Origin: an uncultured Gemmatimonadaceae bacterium
GTDB taxonomy: Bacteria > Gemmatimonadota > Gemmatimonadetes > Gemmatimonadales > Gemmatimonadaceae
NCBI GenBank assembly: GCA_963817955.1
Contig: CAWFQK010000003.1
Coordinates: forward strand, 64,001-128,000
DNA length: 64,000 nucleotides
Direction: 5' to 3'
Both the position numbers and the translations under genes were made by a program. Position 1 is the first letter of the stretch, and every line of letters begins with the position of its first letter. Shown here in pieces: positions 49,934 through 59,639 of the stretch. Under the pieces are notes generated by a model, which did no database searches, was not told the DNA's origin, and was given only the letters and a program-made list of their open reading frames with translations.

Positions 49934-51367
49934 TCACACCTCGCGGAACCGGTCGGGGACACCCCGCAAAATGGACGCGGCGATCACGAACATGATCGCC
50001 ACCGTGACGACGGCAGCACGATAGGCGATTGCCGTCCCAAGTCTGGGCTCGAGTCCGTCCACGGTCAGACCCCAGACCAACGGACCGAGGATCGCCGCGG
50101 CGCGGGACGAGAGCAGCATCAGACTGAAGTAGCGTCCGGCTTCGACGTCGGGCACCAACCCGAGGAGCACGGGGCGCTCGGCGGTAGGCACGCCGCCAAA
50201 GTTCAAGCCGATCATCAGACCAACCAGCCAGAACGCGTTCTTGCCCGGCACCGCGATCATCAACGCCAGCAGCGCAATCCACAGCAGCAGGGTCGTCATC
50301 AGGCTGCGCTTTGCGCCGAACCGATCGACGAGGTGTCCGTAGATATAGCTGCCGAAGATGGAGGGAATCGTGAGCACGAGAAAGAGCGTGACCTCCGATC
50401 CCTTGTCGAACCCCACCGCCTTCACCGCATACAACGTCATGAATCCGACAATCGTGCCAATCGCGTCCTGATACACGAACGCCGCGATGATGAAGCGCAA
50501 CGTTCCCGGGTGCTGCTTCGCGTCGCGAATGGTGTGACCCACTTCGCGGATTGCGCGCCGCCAACTCACCGGGGTTCCCGGCGGCGCCGGGTTGTGATCG
50601 CGGCAGACGAGGAACAGCGGCAGCGAAAACAGCAGGAACAGGAGACCTGTGGGCACGAACGCCGATACGCGGCCGCCGTGGGATGTGAACGGCACGATCG
50701 CGTGCAACGCGGACATCACGCCAGCGCTCAGCTTTCCAACCCCCGGGAGCGCACCGTTGAAGAAGGGCGCGACGAGCAGGACGCCGAAAATGGAACCGAC
50801 ATATCCGACGGCCGTGCCGAATCCGGAAAGTCGTCCCTGCTCCTGGATTGGCACGAGCTCCGGAAGCATCGCGTTGTAGAACGGCTGCGCCGCCTGATAC
50901 GCGAAGTTGGCGAGAACGAACGCCGCGAGCACCCAGAACAGCGGAGCCCCGGATGCGTGCCACCCGGCCGGCAGCACCGCCGGCGTATCCACCTCCGCAC
51001 CGGTAAGCGGCAGCAGGCGTTGTCCCGCGATTCCCATCAGTGCGCAGGCCGCGCACGACAGGACGGTAAAGCCGATCACCCACGGCTTGCGCCGGCGCCG
51101 CACGTCGGACAACGCGCCGAGAAAGGGAATGGAGACCACGACGAGCGCCGACGCCACCGCGTTCGCGGCGGCATCGAGCGTGTTCGACACGCCGAGATCG
51201 CTCACGAGCCACACCGTGAAATACAGGGTGGCCACGTTCATTGAGAAAATAGTGTTGGAAAAATCGTAAAGCGCCCAACTCATGCGTTCCACAACCGGCG
51301 CGCGTTCTACCGGCCGGATCTCGCCGTCGCTGCGGACCACGGGTCTCGCGTGATGCGGGTGTGCCAT
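49934..51367 (-). CDS. MFS transporter (UMF1/ATG22-like)
   Basis: SWALYDFSN, FYNAMLPEL, GRLSG.G...GYVG; 12 TM. Confidence 0.9.
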   Translation of the reverse strand: MAHPHHARPVVRSDGEIRPVERAPVVERMSWALYDFSNTIFSMNVATLYFTVWLVSDLGVSNTLDAAANAVASALVVVSIPFLGALSDVRRRRKPWVIGFTVLSCAACALMGIAGQRLLPLTGAEVDTPAVLPAGWHASGAPLFWVLAAFVLANFAYQAAQPFYNAMLPELVPIQEQGRLSGFGTAVGYVGSIFGVLLVAPFFNGALPGVGKLSAGVMSALHAIVPFTSHGGRVSAFVPTGLLFLLFSLPLFLVCRDHNPAPPGTPVSWRRAIREVGHTIRDAKQHPGTLRFIIAAFVYQDAIGTIVGFMTLYAVKAVGFDKGSEVTLFLVLTIPSIFGSYIYGHLVDRFGAKRSLMTTLLLWIALLALMIAVPGKNAFWLVGLMIGLNFGGVPTAERPVLLGLVPDVEAGRYFSLMLLSSRAAAILGPLVWGLTVDGLEPRLGTAIAYRAAVVTVAIMFVIAASILRGVPDRFREV

Positions 51368-51438
51368 GAACGAGCTCCAGTGGAAGCGGTCACGCGCCGC
51401 GCCGTTGACGCCGGGGCCGGGCGGTTCAAATTACGAGC

Positions 51439-52326
51439 ATGAAGATGTTTCGTTGGTCCTGGTTCGTGCTAGGCACACTGGTCCTTGCCGCGTGCGAACG
51501 TTCCAAATCGTCGATCCTCGCGGACTCGGCTGCTCCCCAAGGCGCGGTGCGCGCCGATTCTAACGTCGCGGCTGTCGCGGCGGCAACCTGGGATCCGAAT
51601 GCCGGGCCGGTGCTCCTCGTCGCAGGAGAGAATCCAACGCGGGCGATTGTCATCGCACCGGAGAATGCGGCATCGCTCGCCACCCTGCCGCGTCCGGCGT
51701 CGGTGACATTGTTCAGTCGTAGCGGAACGGTCCAGACGGCGGAGCTGCCTGGCATTTCAGACGCCGGCACTTGCATTGTCGCCACGCTCAATGCTACGCC
51801 ACCGCCGCGACCATGGAACGTGGGATTTGTTGGCGGTGTCGTGGCGCCACTTCCCATGGATTCCACCGAGTCTCTGTCGCAAGCGGACTCAGTCTCACTC
51901 GTCGCCGACGTGACGCGGCTGGCGTCGGCGCTACCGAACGATTCCGCCGGCCGGTTCTCCGGCTTGCCATTTGTGGTGCGTGCGATCTGGCGAATGACTC
52001 TCCCGGACGGACCGCAGGTGGTGGTCGCCAAGCTCGTTCGACAAATCAATCAAGAGGCGACGCCGCTGCAGGAGGACACCTTCATCATTGCCGAGCACGC
52101 GACGGCCACGGCGGAGCTCACGACCGCCTACACGGAACGGTCGTATGGCGCCGAGGAGACGATCGAGAGCCGTGACGTGCTCGCCGCGGCACTGCTCGGC
52201 GCCTCGCGGAATCCGGCGATCATCTTGTCGCGCGATTTCGGCAATGCAACGGCGTACGGCTTGGTGGAGCGTGGTGACGACGGACATTGGCGCTCGCGCT
52301 GGTCGAGCGCGCCTCGGAGCTGCTGA
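51439..52326 (+). CDS. Hypothetical lipoprotein
   Basis: Lipobox LAAC after hydrophobic signal. Confidence 0.7.
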   Translation: MKMFRWSWFVLGTLVLAACERSKSSILADSAAPQGAVRADSNVAAVAAATWDPNAGPVLLVAGENPTRAIVIAPENAASLATLPRPASVTLFSRSGTVQTAELPGISDAGTCIVATLNATPPPRPWNVGFVGGVVAPLPMDSTESLSQADSVSLVADVTRLASALPNDSAGRFSGLPFVVRAIWRMTLPDGPQVVVAKLVRQINQEATPLQEDTFIIAEHATATAELTTAYTERSYGAEETIESRDVLAAALLGASRNPAIILSRDFGNATAYGLVERGDDGHWRSRWSSAPRSC

Positions 52327-52329
52327 ACG

Positions 52330-53244
52330 TCAGAAATCGTCGGCGCGCGCCAGCGCGGCTGGTGCACGAACGCGGCCGGCCACGCCCCCAAGCGCGGCGA
52401 GCGTGAGCAGGTAGGGCAGCGCGAGAAAGAGCTGGTACGGCAGCGCCAACCCGAGCGCCTGTAGCAAGTATTGCAGTGCGCTCGCTGCGCCAAAGACGAG
52501 CGCGGCGAGCGCGATGCCGCCGGGGTGCCAGCGACCAAGCACCACGATGGCGATAGCGATGAAGCCGCGCCCGGCCGACATGCCCTCGGCGAACGTACCA
52601 GCCTGGGCCAACACCAGCGTTCCGCCGGCGAGGCCGCCCATCAATCCACCGAACGCAATTGCCAGGACGCGAACCCGGCCGACGCGGATTCCGGCGGCAG
52701 ATGCTGCGGCCGGCGATTCGCCAACCGCGTGCAACGCGAGCCCGGCATGTGTGCGATACATCCACCACCACACCATGGCGACTGCGACGTACGCGACGTA
52801 CGTGATCGTCGGTTGTTGGAACAGCGCCGAACCGACGATCGGGATGGACGCAAGCAGCGGAACGGCGCGCGGGCCGCTCGTCGCGATCGAAAGCGCGGCA
52901 CCCGTCGTTCCATACAACGCGCGGTACAGTGTGCCGGTGAGGCCGAGCGCCAGTAACGTGACTGCGGTGCCGGTGATGATCTGATCGGCGCGCAGCCAGA
53001 CGGTGAACAGAGCGAAGACGAGCGCCAGCGCGACGCCGAATAATGCCGATGCCGCGTAGCCACCGCTCACGCCGAAATGCGTTGCTCCGACGAGTGCGCC
53101 GAACGATCCGGCAAGGACTACACCTTCCAGGCTGATGTTGATGACGCCTGCCCGCTCCACGACCATCTCACCGAGCGCGGCCAGTGCGAGCGGCGTCGCG
53201 GTTCGAACGGTGGCCTCGAGGAAGGCCGACGTCACCGAGCTCAC
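52330..53244 (-). CDS. Nucleoside/sugar ABC transporter permease (BPD_transp_2)
   Basis: ERAGVINISLEG, GESPAAA..AGI, GRGFIAIA, LPYLLT. Confidence 0.92.
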   Translation of the reverse strand: MSSVTSAFLEATVRTATPLALAALGEMVVERAGVINISLEGVVLAGSFGALVGATHFGVSGGYAASALFGVALALVFALFTVWLRADQIITGTAVTLLALGLTGTLYRALYGTTGAALSIATSGPRAVPLLASIPIVGSALFQQPTITYVAYVAVAMVWWWMYRTHAGLALHAVGESPAAASAAGIRVGRVRVLAIAFGGLMGGLAGGTLVLAQAGTFAEGMSAGRGFIAIAIVVLGRWHPGGIALAALVFGAASALQYLLQALGLALPYQLFLALPYLLTLAALGGVAGRVRAPAALARADDF

Positions 53245-54272
53245 GTGCCCCTTCCGTTCGCAGAGGGTATACGTGCGCGCTCTATGGCCACGAGTGCGAG
53301 AATGATTGCTGCCTCGATCACAGCCACGGCAGCGGACGGCACACCGGCGTCGCGCTGCATGGCAGTGGCGCCGGCTTCCAGGGCGCCGAACAGAATGCCG
53401 GACACGATGACGGCGCCCGCGTCGAGGCGTGCCAGCAAGGCGACGGCGATGGCGGTGTAGCCATAGCCCGGCGAGATGTTCTCATACATCGCGTACGTCA
53501 CGCCGGTGACTTCGATGGCGCCGGCGAGTCCCGCGAACGCACCACTGGCGAGAAAAGCGCGGAGCGTCACGCGCTCGACATCGATCAGGCCCGCCGAGCG
53601 CGCGGCGGTTGGATTCGCCCCGACGACGCGCAACCGGAACCCGCCGGCCGTGTAGCGAATGACCCACCAGGAAAGCAGGCACGCGACAACTGCGATCGCG
53701 AAACCAGCGTGCAGTCGCGTGGTGTCGCCGAATCGCGGCAGATGCGCGGAGGCGGCGAAGGTCAGCGTTTGCGGATAGACGTGTGTGGGTTCCTGGAGCG
53801 GTCCCCGCACGAGATACGAGACCAGGTACGCGGCGACGAAGTTCAGCATGATGGTGCTGATCACTTCGAGCACGTGCAAGCGAAGCCGAAGCACTGCAGC
53901 GATCCAGGCCCACGCAGCCCCGGCGATCGAGCCGGCCAGCAGCACCGCCGGGATTACGATCACGCCTGGGGCTGCGGGCAGGCGCAGGGCGAGAGCCGCG
54001 GCAGCCGCGGCGCCCACGAGAAACTGGCCCTCGGCGCCAATGTTGAATACGCCGGCGCGAAACGCGACTGCCACCGCCAGGCCGGTGAGGATGAGCGGCG
54101 TGGCCCGAACGAGCGTGCCCGATCCGAACGCGTACCAGGAGCCGAGCGCGCCGCGAACGAGCGCGGCGAGCGCCTGAGAGATGTCGAACCCGCTCGCGGC
54201 GAGCAGCACACCGGTCCCGATTACGAGCGCCGCGATCAGCCACAGCGCGGCGAGGGTGCTCCGCTGCGGCAT
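53241..54272 (-). CDS. Nucleoside/sugar ABC transporter permease (start uncertain)
   Basis: ATPLILTGL, FNIGAEGQ, EVISTIMLN, GYGYTAIAVALL. Confidence 0.92.
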   Translation of the reverse strand: MPQRSTLAALWLIAALVIGTGVLLAASGFDISQALAALVRGALGSWYAFGSGTLVRATPLILTGLAVAVAFRAGVFNIGAEGQFLVGAAAAAALALRLPAAPGVIVIPAVLLAGSIAGAAWAWIAAVLRLRLHVLEVISTIMLNFVAAYLVSYLVRGPLQEPTHVYPQTLTFAASAHLPRFGDTTRLHAGFAIAVVACLLSWWVIRYTAGGFRLRVVGANPTAARSAGLIDVERVTLRAFLASGAFAGLAGAIEVTGVTYAMYENISPGYGYTAIAVALLARLDAGAVIVSGILFGALEAGATAMQRDAGVPSAAVAVIEAAIILALVAIERARIPSANGRGT

Positions 54273-54424
54273 GCGGTTGGAGGAGATCCGAGGCGAAAAC
54301 CTCATCGCGGCGTGGGCCAGGTAGGGTTCAACGACTCGACATTCATGAGAGTATATTGATCGGTGCGGTGGCAAGAATAGTCGAGGCGGGTCGGCACAGA
54401 GTGGTCAAATTGACTGGTTTTAAG

Positions 54425-54865
54425 GCCGCGATGAAGTGTTCAAATGCCGCGATGAAGTGGATGAATGCCGCGGTCGACTGAGCAAATGCCGCAGTCGACT
54501 AATCATTTGCCGCAGTGAAGTGGACGATTGCCGCGGTCAAGCAGGCGCGTGCCGCTGTTAAGCAAACGTTTGCCGCGATCAAGTGGGCGGGTGCCGCTGT
54601 CGAGTGAGCGTTTGCCGAGGTCGATTGATCGAATGCCGCAGTCGACTGAGCGTTTGCCGCAGTCAAGTAGACAATTGCCGCGGTTAAGCAAACGTTTACC
54701 GCGGTCAAGTGGACGATTGCCGCGGTCGCCTGAGCGCTCGCCGAGGTCCCCTGAATGTTTGCCGAGGTCGAGTGGACGCTCTCCCAGGCCAAGTGGACGG
54801 TCTCCCAAGCCAAGTGGACGGTCTCCCAAGCCAAGTGAGCGCTCTCCCAAGCCAGCTGGACTGAA
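54425..54865. repeat. Tandem array of about 21 degenerate 21-bp units
   Basis: Units start every 21 nt from 54425 with no indels; consensus about GCCGCGGTCAAGTGRNCGNTT, last four start TCCCARGCCA. Confidence 0.93.
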
Positions 54866-54904
54866 TCTCACGTACCGTGGCGAAAGTCATTAGTATCTCG
54901 CGAC

Positions 54905-56161
54905 ATGGGGACTGTCGCGAAACAGGCATTCAAGCCGGGTGCGGACCTGACCATAGTCGCTGATCACGATCCTCGGCGGTGGCGAACGCTCGGATTGCTC
55001 GCGACCGCTGAGCTCTTGGGCATGTCGCTCTGGTTTGCGGCGAGTGCCGTCGCCCCGCAGCTTGGCGCGCGTTGGGACCTCTCGACATCCGAGATTGGCT
55101 GGCTCACGGCGATCGTGCAACTCGGGTTCGTGATTGGCACCGCGACGTCAGCGGTCTTGAACCTGGCCGATATCGTCCCGTCACGATGGCTGTTCGCGAC
55201 GTCTGCAGCACTGGGCGCCGCCGCCAATGCGGCGCTGCTGCTTGCCCCCAGCTTTGCCGGCGCGCTGGCGTGTCGCTTTGCCACAGGCTTCGCTCTGGCC
55301 GGAGTGTATCCGCCGGCGATGAAAATGATCTCGACCTGGTTTCGCTCCCAGCGCGGTCTGGCTGTGGGGACCATTGTCGGGGCGTTGACCGTCGGCAAGG
55401 CAGGCCCGTACCTGGTTCATGCCATTCCTGGAGCCGGCGAGGCGCCGGTCGTTTGGTCCGCGACAGTGGCCGCGCTGGTGGCCGCGCTGATCGTCGGACT
55501 GTGGTACGAGGAAGGCCCCTATCCATTTCCGCCGCGACCGTTCTCGTGGGGGCTCGTGGGCGAAGTGTTCCGGGAACGACGGTGGCGGCTGGCGACGGCT
55601 GGCTATCTGGGCCACATGTTCGAGCTCTACAGCGCGTGGACCTGGCTTCCGGTGTTCGTAGCCGCGAGCGCTGCGGCGGCAGGAGTACCGGCAGGGCCGG
55701 CGCGCGTCTCACTTTCGTCCGCGATAGCGTTCGCGGCAATCGCGATCGGGGGTATTGGTTGCGTGTGGGGGGGCCGAGTCGCTGATCGCCGCGGTCGTGA
55801 GTGGCTCGTCACGGTTTCCATGGCGGCGAGTGGCCTGTGCGCGCTGGCGATCGGGTTCACCTTTGGCCAGAGCTTCCTGCTCCTCGTGCCGGTGGCGCTC
55901 GCCTGGGGGTTCTTCGTCATCGCCGACTCGGCGCAATTCAGCGTTCTCGCAACAGAGGCGGCACCGCCCCATGCCGTTGGAACCGCGCTGACGGTGCAGA
56001 CGTCCCTGGGCTTTCTGTTGACCATGATCTCGATTCAACTCGTTCCACCGGTCCAGCACATTGTTGGCTGGAGGTGGGCGTTCATGATGCTGGCGATCGG
56101 GCCAGCATCTGGAATCGCGGCCATTCGTCGGTTGGCCGAGGGGGCGCGAACGACGCGGTAG
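54905..56161 (+). CDS. MFS transporter
   Basis: 12 TM, VQLGFVIG, GVYPPAMK, GHMFELY, ADRRGR, ADSAQFS. Confidence 0.92.
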   Translation: MGTVAKQAFKPGADLTIVADHDPRRWRTLGLLATAELLGMSLWFAASAVAPQLGARWDLSTSEIGWLTAIVQLGFVIGTATSAVLNLADIVPSRWLFATSAALGAAANAALLLAPSFAGALACRFATGFALAGVYPPAMKMISTWFRSQRGLAVGTIVGALTVGKAGPYLVHAIPGAGEAPVVWSATVAALVAALIVGLWYEEGPYPFPPRPFSWGLVGEVFRERRWRLATAGYLGHMFELYSAWTWLPVFVAASAAAAGVPAGPARVSLSSAIAFAAIAIGGIGCVWGGRVADRRGREWLVTVSMAASGLCALAIGFTFGQSFLLLVPVALAWGFFVIADSAQFSVLATEAAPPHAVGTALTVQTSLGFLLTMISIQLVPPVQHIVGWRWAFMMLAIGPASGIAAIRRLAEGARTTR

Positions 56162-56169
56162 GCTCTGAT

Positions 56170-56350
56170 GGAAGGGTGTGTGCCGACGGGTGACGATCCC
56201 AGAAGCATCCGTGTACGAAGGCGGCGCGCGAGTGATCGGCCGAGACGATGTTTAGCGATCCGGGGATGCCGTGTACGTCGATCGGGAATTCGTGTGCGCT
56301 GTCGCGGGGCGGCAACCCATCCTGAGCACGCTCATGAGTTTTCTGTCCGT
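56170..56350 (-). pseudogene. Remnant of Vsr-like very-short-patch repair endonuclease
   Basis: GIPGSLNIV...AAFVHGCFWDRHP resembles Vsr LPGKPDIV...IFVHGCFWHRH; flanks not recognisable. Confidence 0.6.
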
Positions 56351-56488
56351 TTCTGCATGCTACGCTGCGAGCGCACGCAGCGTAGCGACGGAGGTGCCAT
56401 TGCACATCGAGGGGTAAGCGGTTCGGGCTGCGCAACTTCCAATACTGCGATCTCATCTGTCGTCGGTGCTACGCTGCAAGCGTCGCGA

Positions 56489-56539
56489 TTGTTTTGTGCG
56501 CACCTGCAGCGTATAGTGACCACCCACTTAGCGTTGAAC
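56489..56539 (+). promoter_or_regulatory. Putative cassette promoter (Pc-like) and attI-like first recombination point
   Basis: TTGTTT-17 nt-TATAGT (56489-56517), then GTTGAAC (GTTRRRY) at 56533; no upstream R'' seen. Confidence 0.5.
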
Positions 56540-56654
56540 TCAATCCGCCTGCGGCGGATAGCCCCGGCGTAGATTCCGCCGTGCCTCTCACGGGGTGATT
56601 GCCCGTCGAGACTGCGTGCTGTCAAGTCCTCTCGACCTTTTCAGAGAGGATTGT

Positions 56655-57062
56655 ATGACAGCCCTTCGCCGCCGGATGACCGAGGATCTCCAGCTTCGCG
56701 GCTACGCCGACCGCACGGTCGCGGCGTACCTACTGGCGGTCTCGCAGGTCGCCAAGTTCTACCGGACCGCGCCCGATCAGCTCACCGAGGAACAGCTCCG
56801 CGACTATCTGCTCCACCTCACCACCGTTCGGAAGATCGCCGCGAGCAGCTTCACGCAGACCCTGTGTGGCCTCAAGTTCTTCTATGAGGACACGCTTGGC
56901 CGCCATTGGCCCGTGCTCGACGTGGCGCGCCCGAAGCGCGAGGCCCGACTGCCAGTCGTCCTGAGTCAGGAGGAAGTCCGGCGGGCGCTCGCGGCGGTGC
57001 GGACGCTCCAGTACCGCGTCTGTCTGACCCTCATCTACGCCTGGGGCCTCCGGCTGCTCGAT
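56655..57062 (+). pseudogene. Tyrosine recombinase, N-terminal SAM-like domain to first catalytic Arg, truncated
   Basis: MTALRRRMTEDLQLRGYADRT..Y, LPVVLSQEEV, LIYAWGLRL; HxxR/Y half absent; GAGAGG RBS. Confidence 0.9.
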
Positions 57063-57742
57063 GGCCATCCGCATATGCACCTCCTCGCGACCGCGGCGGC
57101 CTCGCGCCCGACGGGCAGGCGTGGGTCAAGCCTGCCCATGCACGATTCCTCATGCCCGGCTACATGCTGTCGGAACTCTTCCGCGCGAAGATGCGGGACG
57201 CCCGGACGCAGGCCGGCTTCGCGGACCAGATCGCGCCCACGGTGTGGGACCGCCGATGGGTGGTCCATCTCCAACAGATCGGGCGCGGCGACCATGCCCT
57301 GCGCTATTTGGCCCGCTACGTCTTTCACGTCGCCCTCACCAACACGCAGCTCGAGCGGTTCGACCACGGGCGCGTCACCTTCCGCTACACCCACGCGCGC
57401 ACGCAGGAGACACGGCATCTCACCCTCCCGGTCGACGCCTTCATCGCGCGCTTTCTCCAACATGTGCTGCCGCGCGGCTTCACGAAAATTCGCTACTACG
57501 GACTCCTGAGCCCCGGTTGCCGAGCGAAGCGCGACCGCGCCCGCCTCCTCCTCGAGCTCCACACCGCGCCGGCCCCTCGCCCAGAGCCAGGGCCGGCGGA
57601 CGCGCGCATCACCAGGACTCCGCTCATCAGGACTCCGCCCACCAGTGCCGTCCCGCGCCCGACGCGACTCCAGTGTCGCGCCTGTCAGCACGGCCACCTC
57701 TACCTCATCGAGCGCGTCGACCGACCGCGCGCCCCGCCATGA
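57063..57742 (+). pseudogene. IS91-family (Y2 HUH) transposase, C-terminal half, frameshift near 57093
   Basis: HPHMH (HUH), GGL, YLARY, FLQHVLPRGFTKIRYYGLL, C-terminal CRAC; N-terminal Zn-binding domain missing. Confidence 0.9.
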
Positions 57743-58037
57743 CGCGCTTGGTTCGGTCAACAGGCTCGGATCAGGGATCGGCAACGGTGTCGCTCGCGCC
57801 GCCGTCCAGCCATGCTGCACCCTGCCCCGACGTACCACGTCTTGCACCGGGTACATCGGCACGGACCCGCGCTCACCCGCCGCCACTCGGCGCCTTCGCC
57901 GAGTCGCGCGCCCCCCTCGGCTTACGATATTCGCGTCGCGCGCGCATTCTGGCTCCGTAGATCCTCGCGGCGGCGGTCCCCATCTCGCTTGAAAGTCCAA
58001 AGGGCTGGGTCACTCCCGCCCGTCACGCGCGGATCGA

Positions 58038-58094
58038 GTTCAACTGGAGATTTTGCCGCGGCTTCGCGCGGCACGAATCTCTACTGCGTTATAT
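58038..58094 (+). other. attC site 1 (57 bp)
   Basis: R'' GTTCAAC, hairpin GAGATT..GCCGCG / CGCGGC..AATCTC, R' GTTATAT. Confidence 0.75.
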
Positions 58095-58159
58095 GGCCAT
58101 CGAGTTCCTCGAAAAACGCCGCGCTTGCAGGGAACTGCGAACCGGAGCAACTTTCAGCT

Positions 58160-58363
58160 ATGACTGATCGGCCCAATATCAAGGCTGACGCCCGCGACCT
58201 CGTTGACCATCTCCCGGAGTCGGCCACGTGGGACGACCTCGCCTATGAGGTCTACGTCCGGCAAGCGATCGAGGCCGGGCTCGCAGACTCGGACGCAGGA
58301 CGGACTCTCTCGCACGACGAGGCGATGGCCCGCATTCGTAGTCGGATTCGTCGCGCGTCATGA
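58160..58363 (+). CDS. Putative antitoxin
   Basis: LPESATWDDLAYEVYVRQAIEAGLAD..AGRTLSHDE; ATGA overlap with toxin. Confidence 0.85.
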   Translation: MTDRPNIKADARDLVDHLPESATWDDLAYEVYVRQAIEAGLADSDAGRTLSHDEAMARIRSRIRRAS

Positions 58364-58659
58364 CCCTTCCGCTCCGGTGGACGGAGCGCGCGACCGAGCA
58401 GCTCGGCGCCATCGCGGAGTACATCAGTATCAGCTCACCGGTTTATGCCGATCAAACGGTCGAGCGGATTGTATCGCGGCTTCGCCAGGCGCAGGCGTTC
58501 CCCGAGTCCGGCCGTCGCGTGCCGGAGATTGCCGCGGTCGACGTGCGCGAACTGATCGAGCCACCCTATCACCTCGTGTATCGCGTGCGCGACACGGCGA
58601 TCGAAGTTCTTGTCGTCATTCACAGTCGTCAGAACCTCACTGACATCGTGCCAGGCTAG
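58360..58659 (+). CDS. RelE/ParE family toxin
   Basis: WTERA..QL..I.EYI, FPESGRRVPE, RELI..PY.LVYRV, VIH. Confidence 0.92.
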   Translation: MTLPLRWTERATEQLGAIAEYISISSPVYADQTVERIVSRLRQAQAFPESGRRVPEIAAVDVRELIEPPYHLVYRVRDTAIEVLVVIHSRQNLTDIVPG

Positions 58660-58674
58660 TTCCGTGTGGTGGCC

Positions 58675-58796
58675 ATATAACGAACGCTGAACTTGACGAG
58701 TTCTGCATTCGGCCGGTCGTGGCGCCCGTTGGCATCGCGCACTAGTCTTTTGGTATCGAGCCTAATCGGGCTCGCAAGTTAGCTGGGGCGTTCGCC
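58675..58796 (+). other. attC site 2 (122 bp)
   Basis: R'' ATATAAC; GCT[G]AACTTG[A]CGAG pairs with CTCGCAAGTTAGC leaving two extrahelical bases; R' GTTCGCC; TGGCCATATAAC is the exact reverse complement of the cassette start GTTATATGGCCA (58088). Confidence 0.9.
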
Positions 58797-58851
58797 AGCG
58801 ATTAGCGCCGTACGATGCTATGCGATCTCACCGACCGAGAGAACAACAGTA

Positions 58852-59040
58852 GTGTCTGAACAGCCAAGCGTTGAGAAACCTGCGGATCACCAGCTATTTC
58901 ACCGGAAGCATGTTGTAGGCCTAGCTTGGGCGGTGGTCGGCGGTTTGATCACGGCCACTGTTGTGACGGCATACCAAGCGACGCAGCATTCGGTCCTTGA
59001 ACGCCGGACTGTATTGCGGCATGACACTACCCACCTGTGA
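58852..59040 (+). CDS. Small single-TM ORF at cassette start, possibly truncated
   Basis: GTG start close to R' with GAGAG upstream; one hydrophobic helix. Confidence 0.35.
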   Translation: MSEQPSVEKPADHQLFHRKHVVGLAWAVVGGLITATVVTAYQATQHSVLERRTVLRHDTTHL

Positions 59041-59639
59041 CCCCCGAGGATGGTGTACGTTTGACCGCTTAAGCTACTGCGATCGTACGACAACTATCCT
59101 GACACCGGGGGTTCGGACCTCTCGCGCCCGATACCACGAATAGGGATCGGCCTTGCCGTATCGCTCGTTGTGCATGCGATACTGCGGCATTGATCACCTT
59201 GTTCGCTGTCATTACCCTTCTGAGCGACACCAGACCAATGCCCGTCGACCGGAAGGAATGGGGCGGGCGGGCTGTCGCGGCGCTCGCGGCCGGCGTCGTT
59301 TGTGCCCTCGCCTGGAGACTGCTGACGCGATTCCCGCACATGTGATCCGGGCGAATCAGGCGCGATTCGGACGGCTCGCGACAACTTTACGTTGGTCGTT
59401 CGAACCGGATCAGGAGTCGGCTGGCGAGTCATTGCCGAGATAGTCCATGCCACAACGCGGCAAGCTTCGTGTTCCGGCTGGCGCGCGAAGGTACTGGCAT
59501 GACGGAAGCATCATACACGACGTGGGGTTCTCGGCCCGCACTTGGCGATGACCCTGAGTTCATGCGGTCGTTTGGTGAGGCGAAGAGATTCTTCTCCGCT
59601 CGACTCAGCCAGCAACCGACCACTCGGCGCAAGGAGATC

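Larger units (their letters stand above)
56533..58088 (+). mobile_element. Tyrosine recombinase + IS91-family transposase element in integron-cassette form, internally deleted
   Basis: Begins GTTGAACTCAATCCGC, ends GCGGATCGAGTTCAAC + attC; contains int and tnp fragments. Confidence 0.85.

Noticed and set aside
54425..54865. CRISPR or TIGR-type array
   Set aside because: Contiguous 21-bp degenerate units with no constant repeat/unique spacer alternation, and no cas or Nop-domain gene nearby
56359..56386. GCTACGCTGCG hairpin as an attC
   Set aside because: Perfect 11-bp stem but no AAC/GTT R boxes; function not assignable
56655..57062. Integron integrase intI
   Set aside because: It lies inside the first cassette, co-oriented with the array and joined to an IS91 transposase; the C-terminal half where the IntI-specific insertion would be is deleted
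56595..57509. Functional integrase-HUH fusion protein
   Set aside because: The junction removes the recombinase catalytic half and the transposase N-terminus, and a frameshift follows about 30 nt later; best read as a deletion product
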